Counted from the first letter of the stretch, positions 47,785 through 57,264 are shown. The stretch: DNA of 57,596 nucleotides from Candidatus Tayloriibacteriota bacterium (GCA_016215405.1 JACRJQ010000002.1:1-57596), one strand, 5' to 3'. Notes: generated from the sequence alone by a model not told the origin. Program-made: numbers and translations.

Positions 47785-49182
47785 CTATTTCAGAGGCTTT
47801 TTCACCGATATGCCGAGCTCGAGGAGCTGTTCGGCTGACACGTCGGACGGAGCCTTCATCATGAGGTCCCTGCCCTCTCCTGTTTTTGCGAACGCGATCA
47901 CTTCGCGGATGCTCTGCTCGTTCTCGAGTATGGTCATGAGCCTGTCGAGTCCCCAAGCGATGCCGCCGTGCGGAGGCGTTCCCGATTCGAACGCGCGGAG
48001 CATGTGCCCGTATTCCCTCTCGATCTTCTCCTCGCTGAATCCCATAATCTCGAGGACCTTCCTTAAGGCCTCCGGCCTATGGTTTCGGATAGAGCCGCCT
48101 CCGATCTCGTTTCCGTTGAGCGTGATATCGTATTGCGCCGCGACGATCTTGTCTATGTTCGTCTTCGCCATGAGGTCGCCCATGGACTCTGGCTTCGTAC
48201 CCGAGAACGGGTTGTGGGTGAACGTCCACGCGCCCTCATCCGTCTTTTCGAACATCGGAAAATCTACGATCCAAGCGAATGCGAGGAGGTCTGGGTCGTT
48301 CTTGTCCGTACGGATGTCCGGCTTGTCGGAATTATATTTCTCCATCGCCACCTTGTACGGTATCCGAGGGAAAGGGATCTCTTGGATCTTCTTGTGGGGA
48401 TAGAGCGTCTGCACTATCTCGATGAGGGCCTTTTCGTTGAGGTTCATCACGTCTTCCTCTGTCGCGAAGCTCATTTCGAGGTCCATCTGCGTGAATTCAG
48501 GCTGCCTGTCTCCGCGGGAGTCTTCGTCTCTAAAGCATCGGGCGAACTGGAAGTATCTCTCGAAACCCGCCGCCATGAGGAGCTGCTTGAACTGCTGAGG
48601 CGCCTGCGGCAGCGCGTAGAATTTGCCCTTTTCGAGCCTCGACGGGATTATGAAGTCCCTCGAACCCTCGGCTGTCGCGATGGTGAGGTTAGGCGTCTCG
48701 ATCTCGCAAAAGCCCGCCCGCTCCAGGATCTTCCTCGTGAGGAGCATTACCTTGTTCCTGTTCCTGATGTTCTTTTGCATTCGAGGCCTCCTGAGGTCGA
48801 GATAGCGGTGCGTGAGCCTCGATTCCTCTCCGATCTCGCGACCGTCGCCTCGAACGTCTATCGGAGGCGTCTGCGCCTCGTTGAGGACCGTGATGCTCAA
48901 GATCTCAAGCTCGATCGAGCCGTTCTGCTTGTCCTTTTGGACGTTCTTCTCGGGGCGAGGATTCACCTTGCCGTGCACTTCGACGACCCACTCCGGGCGC
49001 ACCCTCGAAGCCGTCTCCATAGCGGGAGATTTCGGCAGGACGACGCCCTGGACGTAGCCGGTCATATCCCTGAAATCGAGGAAGATGAGCTTGCCCTGGT
49101 CGCGTCGGACGTCGACCCAGGCCTTTATGACGGCTTCGCCGCCCTTCTTCGATTCGAGATCCTTTATGTATGTTCTTTCCAT
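47785..49182 (-). CDS. aspS: Aspartate--tRNA ligase, short form without GAD domain (probably non-discriminating)
   Basis: RYLDLRR, LPQAPQ.FKQLL, CFRDED.R.DRQPEFTQ, PPHGG.A.GLDR; 465 aa. Confidence 0.95.
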   Translation of the reverse strand: MERTYIKDLESKKGGEAVIKAWVDVRRDQGKLIFLDFRDMTGYVQGVVLPKSPAMETASRVRPEWVVEVHGKVNPRPEKNVQKDKQNGSIELEILSITVLNEAQTPPIDVRGDGREIGEESRLTHRYLDLRRPRMQKNIRNRNKVMLLTRKILERAGFCEIETPNLTIATAEGSRDFIIPSRLEKGKFYALPQAPQQFKQLLMAAGFERYFQFARCFRDEDSRGDRQPEFTQMDLEMSFATEEDVMNLNEKALIEIVQTLYPHKKIQEIPFPRIPYKVAMEKYNSDKPDIRTDKNDPDLLAFAWIVDFPMFEKTDEGAWTFTHNPFSGTKPESMGDLMAKTNIDKIVAAQYDITLNGNEIGGGSIRNHRPEALRKVLEIMGFSEEKIEREYGHMLRAFESGTPPHGGIAWGLDRLMTILENEQSIREVIAFAKTGEGRDLMMKAPSDVSAEQLLELGISVKKPLK

Positions 49183-49224
49183 ACGATTTCTATTAGCCTA
49201 ATAATCTTGGGGTCGATCTTTCAT

Positions 49225-49413
49225 AAAAAAGCGCCCCTTCGAATACGACTGTCGTCATATCCGCAGGGGCGATTTCATCGCGGTGCCACCCTGTTTCTTG
49301 TCCGCCTTGGGCGAACTCTTTTTGTTACCGCCATCGGGGCGATTCCGTGGGATTCTACGGCCCTTAAAGGCTTTCCTTCCCTAACCTCGCCGGCGTTACC
49401 CGGGTCATCGGTA
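49225..49413 (-). promoter_or_regulatory. T-box riboswitch (transcriptional) with ultrashort Stem I
   Basis: AGGGTGGCACCGCG T-box (49292-49279), CGCCCCT antiterminator, AGGGGCG-CTTTTTT terminator, directly upstream of aspS. Confidence 0.9.
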
Positions 49414-49435
49414 TGTCTAGATTAACCCGAACGAC

Positions 49436-50065
49436 TCAAATCGACAAGTTTGCTATCCGGTTCCGAACCGCCTTAGCAAGCGCTAGGTGCGCAGCCTCAT
49501 CAAGGTGGTAACCGTCTATCGCGCTCGATGATATGTGGTCGCCTGCATTCAGGAACTCGCATCCCATTTTCTCTGCGACACGCTTGAATAGCCCTGGCAG
49601 ACTCTCGAATTTCTCAGAAGCGCGCTCCATCCGCGGGTCTATCTTGCCGTCAGACGGCGTGATCACTGACGGAGGGCAGATCACCAGGATCTTCGGGGTC
49701 TCTTCCATATCCAACTCGTCGCTTTGAATGAGACCGATCGTCTCTTCGAGGTGCGAGGCTATATCCTCTGAGCTCAGGCTGTAGGTAGATTTGACGTCAT
49801 TCGTCCCGAGCATGACTATGACGAGATCGAGGGGTGCCGCGCTCTCGAGGAGGGCACGGAGGTGAGTAATGCCCGTCCGATGGGGTCTTTTCGGGTCTAG
49901 AGCGACGAACGTTCTGCCGCAGAGGCCCTCGCTTATGACCTCATATCCCTCGCCGAGGAGCTCTTGGAGAGCACCTGGCCAGCGTACGCTCTTGGGATAC
50001 CGCGCGTCGCTTCGCGGCACGTTGCCCCATGTGTTCGAATCTCCGTAGCAGAGGATGGTTTTCAC
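49436..50065 (-). CDS. SGNH/GDSL hydrolase
   Basis: GDSNTWG, MLGTND, DGYH. Confidence 0.92.
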   Translation of the reverse strand: MKTILCYGDSNTWGNVPRSDARYPKSVRWPGALQELLGEGYEVISEGLCGRTFVALDPKRPHRTGITHLRALLESAAPLDLVIVMLGTNDVKSTYSLSSEDIASHLEETIGLIQSDELDMEETPKILVICPPSVITPSDGKIDPRMERASEKFESLPGLFKRVAEKMGCEFLNAGDHISSSAIDGYHLDEAAHLALAKAVRNRIANLSI

Positions 50066-50066
50066 G

Positions 50067-51017
50067 CTAGCTTATCGTCACGCCGACATTTCTCTTCGCC
50101 CTCTCGAGCGTATCGTCCGCACTCTTCCTCGCCTGCTTAGCTCCCCTTTCGAGTATCTTGATGACTTTCTTCGGATTCTTCGCGAACTTCTCGCGGCTCT
50201 CGCGGAAGGGTTTAATGAACGCCATGAGGTCTGCGGCGAGGGCGTCTTTGAGGGCTTTGTACCTGCCTGCGTTCTCGGCGTAGAGCCTGTCGAGGTATTC
50301 CTTGTCTCGCAAGAGCTCGTGGATAGCGCGGACGTTTACGGGCACTCCGGAGCCTGAGTCTGTGACGATGGACATGACGAATTTCTTTATCTCCTCGTCG
50401 GTCGCGAATATAGAGAGCTGGTTGCCGTAGCTTTTCGACATCTTGCGGCCGTCGTTACCAGGGACGGTCTTTACGCTCTCGATGATGAGAGCGTCTGGAA
50501 GCTTGAACGTCTGCCCGAACAAGTTATTGAACTTCTGCGCCGTGTCGCGGGCATACTCGATGTGCTGCTTTTGGTCCTGCCCTACCGGTACGACGTCGGT
50601 GTCATAGAGGAGTATGTCAGCCGCCATGAGCATCGGATAGTTAAATGTGCCCACGTTTATCTCCTTGTCCTTCGCTTCGGCGTCTTTGAACGCGTGCGCG
50701 CGCATGAGGTACGGCATGGTCGTGATCGAATCGAATATCCATGCGAGCTCTGTATGCGCCGAGACGTCGGACTGCTTGAATATGACGGACTTCTTTGGAT
50801 CGAGGCCGAGCGCGAGGTAATCGGTCGCGAGCTCTAGTATCTGCGAGCGCATCTCGGGACCGTTCTGGACGCTATTGAGCGCATGATAGTCGGCGATCAT
50901 GAAATAGCAGTCGTATTGGGACTGATTGGCGACGAATTGACGTATCGCGCCGAAATAGTTGCCTATGTGGAGCTTGCCGGTAGGTTTTACGCCCGAGAGG
51001 AGTATCTTCTTTGACAT
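50067..51017 (-). CDS. trpS: Tryptophan--tRNA ligase
   Basis: PTG.LHIGNY, YPMLMAADIL, VPVG.DQ..H, KMSKS. Confidence 0.96.
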   Translation of the reverse strand: MSKKILLSGVKPTGKLHIGNYFGAIRQFVANQSQYDCYFMIADYHALNSVQNGPEMRSQILELATDYLALGLDPKKSVIFKQSDVSAHTELAWIFDSITTMPYLMRAHAFKDAEAKDKEINVGTFNYPMLMAADILLYDTDVVPVGQDQKQHIEYARDTAQKFNNLFGQTFKLPDALIIESVKTVPGNDGRKMSKSYGNQLSIFATDEEIKKFVMSIVTDSGSGVPVNVRAIHELLRDKEYLDRLYAENAGRYKALKDALAADLMAFIKPFRESREKFAKNPKKVIKILERGAKQARKSADDTLERAKRNVGVTIS

Positions 51018-51059
51018 GGAGAAATGATAGCAAGAATAAGGGTATTTTTGAAGCCGCCG

Positions 51060-51527
51060 CTAACCCATAGCGTCTATCTTGCCGAGGATATCCGCCCTCT
51101 CTACGCGGATCTTTTTTATAGGCTTCACGGCCTTTCGATTCGTGTATTCGAGTCCGCCAGGCTCCCTTTGGTAGAAGCCCTCTTTTGGAAAGATATAGAC
51201 CCATCCATAGGACCTCTCGTCTATCTGCGAGAGCGTGTTAGGGGAAGCCTGAAAGACGAGCCTATAGTCGCCGTCGCGAAATGACCATGACGCGATCCTC
51301 GTGTGGCGCCCGAGGGGGCAATTCCTCTTGCTGAAGACCGCCATAAAGACGGCATAGTCGGCCGCTTTGGCTGCGAATACGGCCGGCGGCCCGTCGTCTA
51401 CGCTCTTTCCGTCTTTGACGTTGTGCGCCTGCCTGGGATCGAGGACGTCGAGGTCCTCTCCCGATCCGTGAAAGACGAACCCGCCGTCTCTTTCTAGCCT
51501 GTAAAGCTCTATGCGCGCGGGAGACAT
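51060..51527 (-). CDS. Hypothetical protein
   Basis: FHGS..L..L.PRQ N-terminus; in a co-oriented run. Confidence 0.65.
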   Translation of the reverse strand: MSPARIELYRLERDGGFVFHGSGEDLDVLDPRQAHNVKDGKSVDDGPPAVFAAKAADYAVFMAVFSKRNCPLGRHTRIASWSFRDGDYRLVFQASPNTLSQIDERSYGWVYIFPKEGFYQREPGGLEYTNRKAVKPIKKIRVERADILGKIDAMG

Positions 51528-51543
51528 GGACTTTACGTAAAGG

Positions 51544-52365
51544 CTAGTCTGCAGGGACAGCTGCTTGCCTTACCTTATTGAACCCTAAGATGCCGCACGT
51601 AAGGAGGAACATGCCGATCGCGAAAAGAAGGTCTCCGAAATCTCCGTTGTACGACGTACCGACCGTCGTCATATATGAGAACACGGAATCCGCGACGAAC
51701 ATGACGGCAAGCCCTGACAAGATGAGGATAACCTCGTACCTATAGACCCCTCCGAGATATCTAAAGGAGAGCCCAGCGACTACAGCTGCGACAGAGAGGC
51801 TCACGGCGTCGCCGAGAGGATACGCGACGTCAAGGATCGCCTTCATTAGGTCGCTCCCCTTCGACACGAGTTCCCCGCCGTGCCCTACGAGGACGACGAC
51901 GTTATAGGTGATGACGAGCACGGCGATCGGCGCGAATATGGCATAGGCACGGCCGTATTCTTCCCGGAGCCCGAACCTGGCTCCCGTCGTGCGGGCGAGG
52001 AGCATGGTTCCGATTGTATAAAAGAGCACGCTCGGAGCATAGAAAAGGTCAGCTATCGAAGGGTACGGCACGTCTACGGCGAGAAAGAAGTTGTAGTAAG
52101 CCCACGTCATCTGCCCGCACCCCCACAGGAAGAGGCCGAGTCCGAAGAAGAAGATAGCTTTTCCGAGGATTGTGGAAAGGCCTCCCCACGTCCTATACCC
52201 TACGACCGCGAGCGAGCCTCCTATGAGAGGGACGAGGCCGTAAGCGAACGCGAAGAGGTTATTGAATATGCCTTCTTTAGACCCCGAGGCGAAAAGAGCG
52301 ATCCATGACACGAGGATAAGGGCGAAAAAAGCGATACAAGCCTTCTGGTAGGAGTTAAGAGACAT
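51544..52365 (-). CDS. Polytopic membrane protein resembling a stand-alone sensor input domain
   Basis: ~8 TM helices, PYPSIADLFY, AYPLGD. Confidence 0.7.
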   Translation of the reverse strand: MSLNSYQKACIAFFALILVSWIALFASGSKEGIFNNLFAFAYGLVPLIGGSLAVVGYRTWGGLSTILGKAIFFFGLGLFLWGCGQMTWAYYNFFLAVDVPYPSIADLFYAPSVLFYTIGTMLLARTTGARFGLREEYGRAYAIFAPIAVLVITYNVVVLVGHGGELVSKGSDLMKAILDVAYPLGDAVSLSVAAVVAGLSFRYLGGVYRYEVILILSGLAVMFVADSVFSYMTTVGTSYNGDFGDLLFAIGMFLLTCGILGFNKVRQAAVPAD

Positions 52366-52388
52366 GTGCTATAAGAGTACGACTCTTG

Positions 52389-52823
52389 CTATAGGGCGTC
52401 AAAGGACAACTTATCGGCTTCTGAGTTGAACCACACCACCGTCCAGTATCTGTCCCTTCCGGCTTTTTCCAACGCCTCTCTGCGATGATTCCCATCGCGA
52501 AGGCTCAGCTCTCCCGAACGATATTCAGCGATCAAAGGCGCGGGCGTCCACCCGCCTTTGATATCCCGGACCATATTTAGGGTCTTTCTCTCCCAGCCGA
52601 GAGGGTCTATGCGATATTCCATGCCGACCTCCGGGCCGGTTATCCTCGGAAGCCTAGAAAACGCTATCTCAAGCGGCCCGCTCCACCACCTGTTCGCCTT
52701 TTTAAGCCCCTCTGACAGGCCCTGGTTCTTCTCTTCCAGCTGAAGAAAGGCCTGTACCCACTCTTCGATCTTGCCCTGGCGGCCAGCTTCTATGGCGTCT
52801 TCTAGGCTGCCTCTAGTGTCCAT
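52389..52823 (-). CDS. ParB/Srx-like N-terminal domain protein
   Basis: PLI...LRDGNHRREAL. Confidence 0.7.
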   Translation of the reverse strand: MDTRGSLEDAIEAGRQGKIEEWVQAFLQLEEKNQGLSEGLKKANRWWSGPLEIAFSRLPRITGPEVGMEYRIDPLGWERKTLNMVRDIKGGWTPAPLIAEYRSGELSLRDGNHRREALEKAGRDRYWTVVWFNSEADKLSFDAL

Positions 52824-52824
52824 G

Positions 52825-54120
52825 CTAAAAATATTTCGCGATATCGCCTACGGAGACCTTCTCTTGCTCCCCCTTCTCGAGATCCTTCACGATGACCTTG
52901 CCCTCCTTCGCCTCGTTCGAACCGTAGATGATGGCGTACCTAATGCCCTTTTCAGACGCATATGAGAGCTGCTTTTTGAGGTCGGCGGTCTCGAAGTAGA
53001 GGGCCGTGTTTACGCCGGAAGCCCGGAGCTCGGAGGCGAGCCTAAGATAGTCGCTTTCGAGCGCCGCGTCGAAGTTCACGATAAGGGCCTTCGCGGTCGA
53101 CCTCTCTTCCTTTATGAGCCCCAGCTCTTCGAGCGCTGAGTAGAGCCTGTCGAGGCCTATGGAGGCGCCTACGGCCGGGACGCCCTTGCTCGAGAACATC
53201 CCCACGAGTCCGTCGTATCGGCCGCCAGAGAGGACCGAACCGTATTGAGGCGCGGCCTGTAGAGTCGTCTCGAATATGATGCCTGTATAGTAATCGAGCC
53301 CGCGCGCGATGGAGAGGTCGATAACAAAACGCGCTTCTGGCTCGAGCTTATATGCAACCTCAACAATAGAGAGAAGCCTTGCGAGGGGCTCCTTCACATT
53401 GAGTTCTTCTCCTATTTTTACGAGCTCATCTTGACCCTTCACAGCATCGATCGACACCTCTGCAAAGGCGAGTAACTTTTGGACAGTATCATATATGATA
53501 CCGTTTTTGGTGAGTTCCTCGGCGACGCCGTCTTTTCCTACTTTGTCTATCTTGTCTATGGCGCGAATCGCCGAGATTTTCTCCCCTTCAGTAAGCCCGA
53601 GGGAATCATAGAAGGCGTTTATCACCTCTCTCGAGTTTATGCGGATTACGAAATCCCGTATGCCGAGCGCCTTGAGCGTCGCTGCGGCGAGGGCGAGCAC
53701 TTCTGCATCGGCCAAAGGCGACGAAGAGCCTACGATATCCGCATCGCACTGGTAGAACTCCCTGTATCTTCCCTTCTGGGTGTTCTCGGCGCGCCATACG
53801 GGCGATATCTGATACCTCTTCCAGGGCTTTTTGATCTCCCCGTTCTGCGCGACCACACGAGCGAGGGGGATAGTGAGGTCGTAGCGCATCGCCACGTCGC
53901 GATCGCCGTTATCCTTGAAGCGGTACATGAGCTTGTCGCCTTCGTCGCCGTACTTCCCCACGAGAGTCTCGGCGTACTCGAGAACAGGCGTCTCGAGCGG
54001 CTCGAAGCCGAAGCGCTCGTACGAGGCCCGTATGCTGTCGATCATCTTCTGCCTCGGGATCTGCTTTTCCGGGAGGAAATCGCGAAATCCTTTAAGCGTT
54101 TTCGGCTCTATCTTTGACAT
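52825..54120 (-). CDS. hisS: Histidine--tRNA ligase
   Basis: KGFRD, RYDLT, GRYREFYQCD, RGLDYYTG, GGRYD. Confidence 0.97.
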   Translation of the reverse strand: MSKIEPKTLKGFRDFLPEKQIPRQKMIDSIRASYERFGFEPLETPVLEYAETLVGKYGDEGDKLMYRFKDNGDRDVAMRYDLTIPLARVVAQNGEIKKPWKRYQISPVWRAENTQKGRYREFYQCDADIVGSSSPLADAEVLALAAATLKALGIRDFVIRINSREVINAFYDSLGLTEGEKISAIRAIDKIDKVGKDGVAEELTKNGIIYDTVQKLLAFAEVSIDAVKGQDELVKIGEELNVKEPLARLLSIVEVAYKLEPEARFVIDLSIARGLDYYTGIIFETTLQAAPQYGSVLSGGRYDGLVGMFSSKGVPAVGASIGLDRLYSALEELGLIKEERSTAKALIVNFDAALESDYLRLASELRASGVNTALYFETADLKKQLSYASEKGIRYAIIYGSNEAKEGKVIVKDLEKGEQEKVSVGDIAKYF

Positions 54121-54217
54121 GGATTCATACTAGCAAAATACCGCTTCTAGCGAAAGAAAACGAAAGCGCGCCTATGTGTTAGGCGCGCTCGAAAGGCGCG
54201 AACAGGTTTGAGGCGAT

Positions 54218-55405
54218 TCAGACCGGTTTGAGGCGAAGAGCCAGAAGCGGGACGATGGCGACTACGACGCCGGACATAATCCAAGCGGTCCCGATCGAGG
54301 CCTGGTTCGCGACGACGCCGCTTAGAAACAGGCCGGAGAGGCACGCGAGGTGCGTGAACGCCGACTGGCACGATATGATCGTCGCCCTCTCCCTGTCCTC
54401 TATGCTGTCGTTGAGGAACGCTTCCTTGAGGGGCACATACGCGCCACGAGGGATCTCGTGGAGGAGGAATATGGCGAGCGAGAGCGCGACATAGTCCTTT
54501 GCGAGGGCCGCGGCCACCATGCCGAGCCCCGATAGGACGCAGCACGATACCAAAGCGACCTTCTCGCTTCCGAACCTCTCCGAGAAGCGCAGCGAATAGT
54601 GCATTCCGAGGAATATGGCGAGAGAGATCCCTGCCCAGATATACCCGAAATGCGCCGTTCTGACGCCTTCGCCGAAGAACGGCTGCCACTGCATGTTGAG
54701 AGCCTGCACGCTAAACGAGATCGACATGCTAATGACCAGCAGGAACCGCAAGGGCGCGCTCCGTCCGCTCATCGCGATGCCCTTTTTCGCCGTGGCGAGC
54801 ATCTCCTTTACCGATTCCAAGACCCGCGCCTTTCTCTTCACGAAGTATTCTTCCTTCATGCTAATGAGCGCGAGGGTCCCTGACGCGATGCCTATGACGC
54901 CGCCGAGAAGCCACGGATACGACAGATCGTACGACCCGACGTAGCTTCCGATGATCGCTCCTGGGATGCTTACGAACTGCCGTACCATCTGCTCCTTGCG
55001 GAAGACGGGCTTCGTGCTGCCTTGAAAGCCGTGATGCCTCAAGGTATCCACGAGCCACGCGTGGTAGGCGCCGTTCGCGAACGTCCTGCCCACTCCGGCG
55101 AGGATCTCCGCGAGGAGGAATCCTGCCATCCCTGTCGCCTGCGAATAGACGATCTCGCCTATCGAGAACAGGAAGCAGGAGATGACGTAGGATCTCTTTC
55201 TGCCGAACGTATCAGCGAAGGCCCCCGTAGGGATCTCGCAGAGGAACATCGTGGCGAAGAACGCCACGTTCACGAGATTCACCTCGAAGAGGTTCAACCC
55301 TCTCGAGATGAGGAAAGCGACATACGTCGCGAGGCTCATGGACACGCCGAAATTGAAGATTCCGGTGAGCCAGAGATACTGCCTGACTATCTGGTCGGTT
55401 TTCAT
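54218..55405 (-). CDS. MFS transporter
   Basis: EIPTGAFADTFGRK motif A; ~12 TM. Confidence 0.92.
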   Translation of the reverse strand: MKTDQIVRQYLWLTGIFNFGVSMSLATYVAFLISRGLNLFEVNLVNVAFFATMFLCEIPTGAFADTFGRKRSYVISCFLFSIGEIVYSQATGMAGFLLAEILAGVGRTFANGAYHAWLVDTLRHHGFQGSTKPVFRKEQMVRQFVSIPGAIIGSYVGSYDLSYPWLLGGVIGIASGTLALISMKEEYFVKRKARVLESVKEMLATAKKGIAMSGRSAPLRFLLVISMSISFSVQALNMQWQPFFGEGVRTAHFGYIWAGISLAIFLGMHYSLRFSERFGSEKVALVSCCVLSGLGMVAAALAKDYVALSLAIFLLHEIPRGAYVPLKEAFLNDSIEDRERATIISCQSAFTHLACLSGLFLSGVVANQASIGTAWIMSGVVVAIVPLLALRLKPV

Positions 55406-55514
55406 GCGCTTAGACTTTCGTTTTGGGTTTTGAAGAGCTATTCCTGCCGAATGAGACGAAAATATCCCGGCTCATCCAGCCGGGATATCTCTAAAAAGAT
55501 AGGTTTAGACGTAT

Positions 55515-55676
55515 CTAACTTTCCTTGCGTTGGAGAGTGTTAAAAGCATCTCGGCTGAATAAGACTGTTTCGCTCTGGGTACGGTCCACGATAAGACCTG
55601 ACTCATACATAGCGAAAAGAGGGCAATATCCCTCGCCCTGGAAGTTCTTATTGAGCTTTGAATGCATTACTTGCAT
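55515..55676 (-). CDS. Candidate 53-aa leader peptide upstream of the MFS gene
   Basis: ATG..TAG ORF after TTGACA (55712-55707), followed by an 11-bp hairpin at 55462-55489. Confidence 0.35.
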   Translation of the reverse strand: MQVMHSKLNKNFQGEGYCPLFAMYESGLIVDRTQSETVLFSRDAFNTLQRKES

Positions 55677-55721
55677 GTATCTATTGATACTTTAGAATCG
55701 ACGGTCTGTCAAATGGTCCGA

Positions 55722-56210
55722 TTATGGCAGTTTTGGCTTCAATTCGAGAGCTCGTTCCATAAGCCTGTCGCCTATTTTGCCCCAGCTGAAATATTTTTAT
55801 AATCTTCGGGCCTTACGAATGCGATCTCATCTATCCCGCCAGCCGAGTCGATCGCGAACTCGCCGATCTTTCTCACCTTACAGACATATCAAAGCTGGAA
55901 AAAGTGACTGCCATCCCTAGTGTCGATGCACTTCTGGTGTCCGATGGGCAAACAAGAGAGAACTTTGGTATTCAACTCCTCGATTATCTCCCTCTTGAGC
56001 GTTTCCTCGTACGTTTCGCCCTTCTCTATCGTGCCACCTATGAATCCCTAGAGGTTCCCGCCACGGCCGATGACGACTTTATCGTCGCAAAACCTCACTT
56101 GCGTGCATTTCGGATATTCCAAATCATTCGAAAGAATCCGCATCGTGGTATTCGAACAGATATTTAATCCCAGACGCGCCGATACATGGCTCTGTGATTA
56201 CGGTCGACAT
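55722..56210 (-). pseudogene. Degraded NUDIX hydrolase
   Basis: Nudix box GGTIEKGETYEETLKREIIEE retained; in-frame TAG and TGA plus two frameshifts. Confidence 0.8.
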
Positions 56211-56225
56211 AACTTTTAGTACACC

Positions 56226-56669
56226 TCAGTTGAAGTGACCCATCCCGATGCTTTTCTGGACCACTTTGGGGAGGTAATTCACGGTTATGTAGTTAAGTAC
56301 GTCCGCGGGATCAATCCATTCGAACATGTCGTGCTCGTCCGCGTTGAGCATAACCTCTGTCTCTTTTGTCTGAGCGAGATACACTATCGTCACGAACTCT
56401 ATATTTTTAGATCGATCGATGTTCGAGGTCTGAAAAAGCGGTTTGAGATCAGATATATCCAGACCGGCTTCTTCCTTTGTCTCCCTTATCGCTGCGGCAA
56501 CAGGCTCCTCGGCTTCTTCTACTGTTCCGCCGGGTATATCCCAATATCCAGGCAGGACATCATTTTGTTTAGATCGCCTCAGGATGAGTATCTTCCCCTC
56601 TCGGCCGTGTATGAGAGCATGGGCGATGAATCTTATTTCCATATATACATGATAATCCATATTGCTCAC
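56226..56669 (-). CDS. NUDIX hydrolase
   Basis: WDIPGGTVE..E....AAIRETKEEAG. Confidence 0.9.
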   Translation of the reverse strand: MSNMDYHVYMEIRFIAHALIHGREGKILILRRSKQNDVLPGYWDIPGGTVEEAEEPVAAAIRETKEEAGLDISDLKPLFQTSNIDRSKNIEFVTIVYLAQTKETEVMLNADEHDMFEWIDPADVLNYITVNYLPKVVQKSIGMGHFN

Positions 56670-56733
56670 AACGCTAATCTCAAAATTATTTCGATATTGA
56701 GCATTGTAGACAAGTCATTAAGGGCGGTATAGT

Positions 56734-57264
56734 ATGAAAAAAAACGACCTTTCTATGAAAAAAACCGCTTTAACTCCTCGGCGTTACGCCGAACTTAGAG
56801 GCATGATTCAGCGTTCCCAGCAAAAGGGGCATAGTTCTGCTCAAGAAGGCTTTCAATCGGGCGCCGAGCAAGATGGACACCATGATGAGGGGTTCCAGCT
56901 CAGCCTGCGGGAGACGGCTGTCCATGACGCGAGAACGCGAGAGTTGCAGTCGATTCTGGACAGCTCAGAAGCAGTTCAGCCGCAAGAGCAGAATCTGCGC
57001 GCAGAATTCGGAGTAGGCCTTGTTCTCAGATATGAGGACGGGTCGCTCGATCGATTCGTCCTCGACGGCTACAGCCTCCCCGACGAGCATCCGGAGGGGT
57101 CATCGAGGCCGCACACCCTTTCGGTCTCAAGCCCTCTGGGCAGAGCTCTCATCGGCTCAAGGCAAGGCGAGAAGCGTGCGTTCCGAATGGGGACGCGGAA
57201 TGTCTCCGTGATGGTCGAAAAGATCGTCGCGCCATCGAAAGTTGACGACATCTCGAACTTTTAA
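56734..57264 (+). CDS. Divergent GreA/GreB-family factor
   Basis: LTP..Y.EL coiled coil; LSVSSPLGRALIG C-terminal motif. Confidence 0.75.
   Translation: MKKNDLSMKKTALTPRRYAELRGMIQRSQQKGHSSAQEGFQSGAEQDGHHDEGFQLSLRETAVHDARTRELQSILDSSEAVQPQEQNLRAEFGVGLVLRYEDGSLDRFVLDGYSLPDEHPEGSSRPHTLSVSSPLGRALIGSRQGEKRAFRMGTRNVSVMVEKIVAPSKVDDISNF

Noticed and set aside
48079-49425. Long antisense ORFs (also 33526-34455, 43920-44849, 15157-16080)
   Set aside because: Shadow frames of GC-rich genes with clear products on the opposite strand.
55722-56210. Alternative genetic code (TGA read-through)
   Set aside because: TGA acts as a normal stop elsewhere (e.g. tktN, tktC), and this locus also has a TAG and frameshifts.
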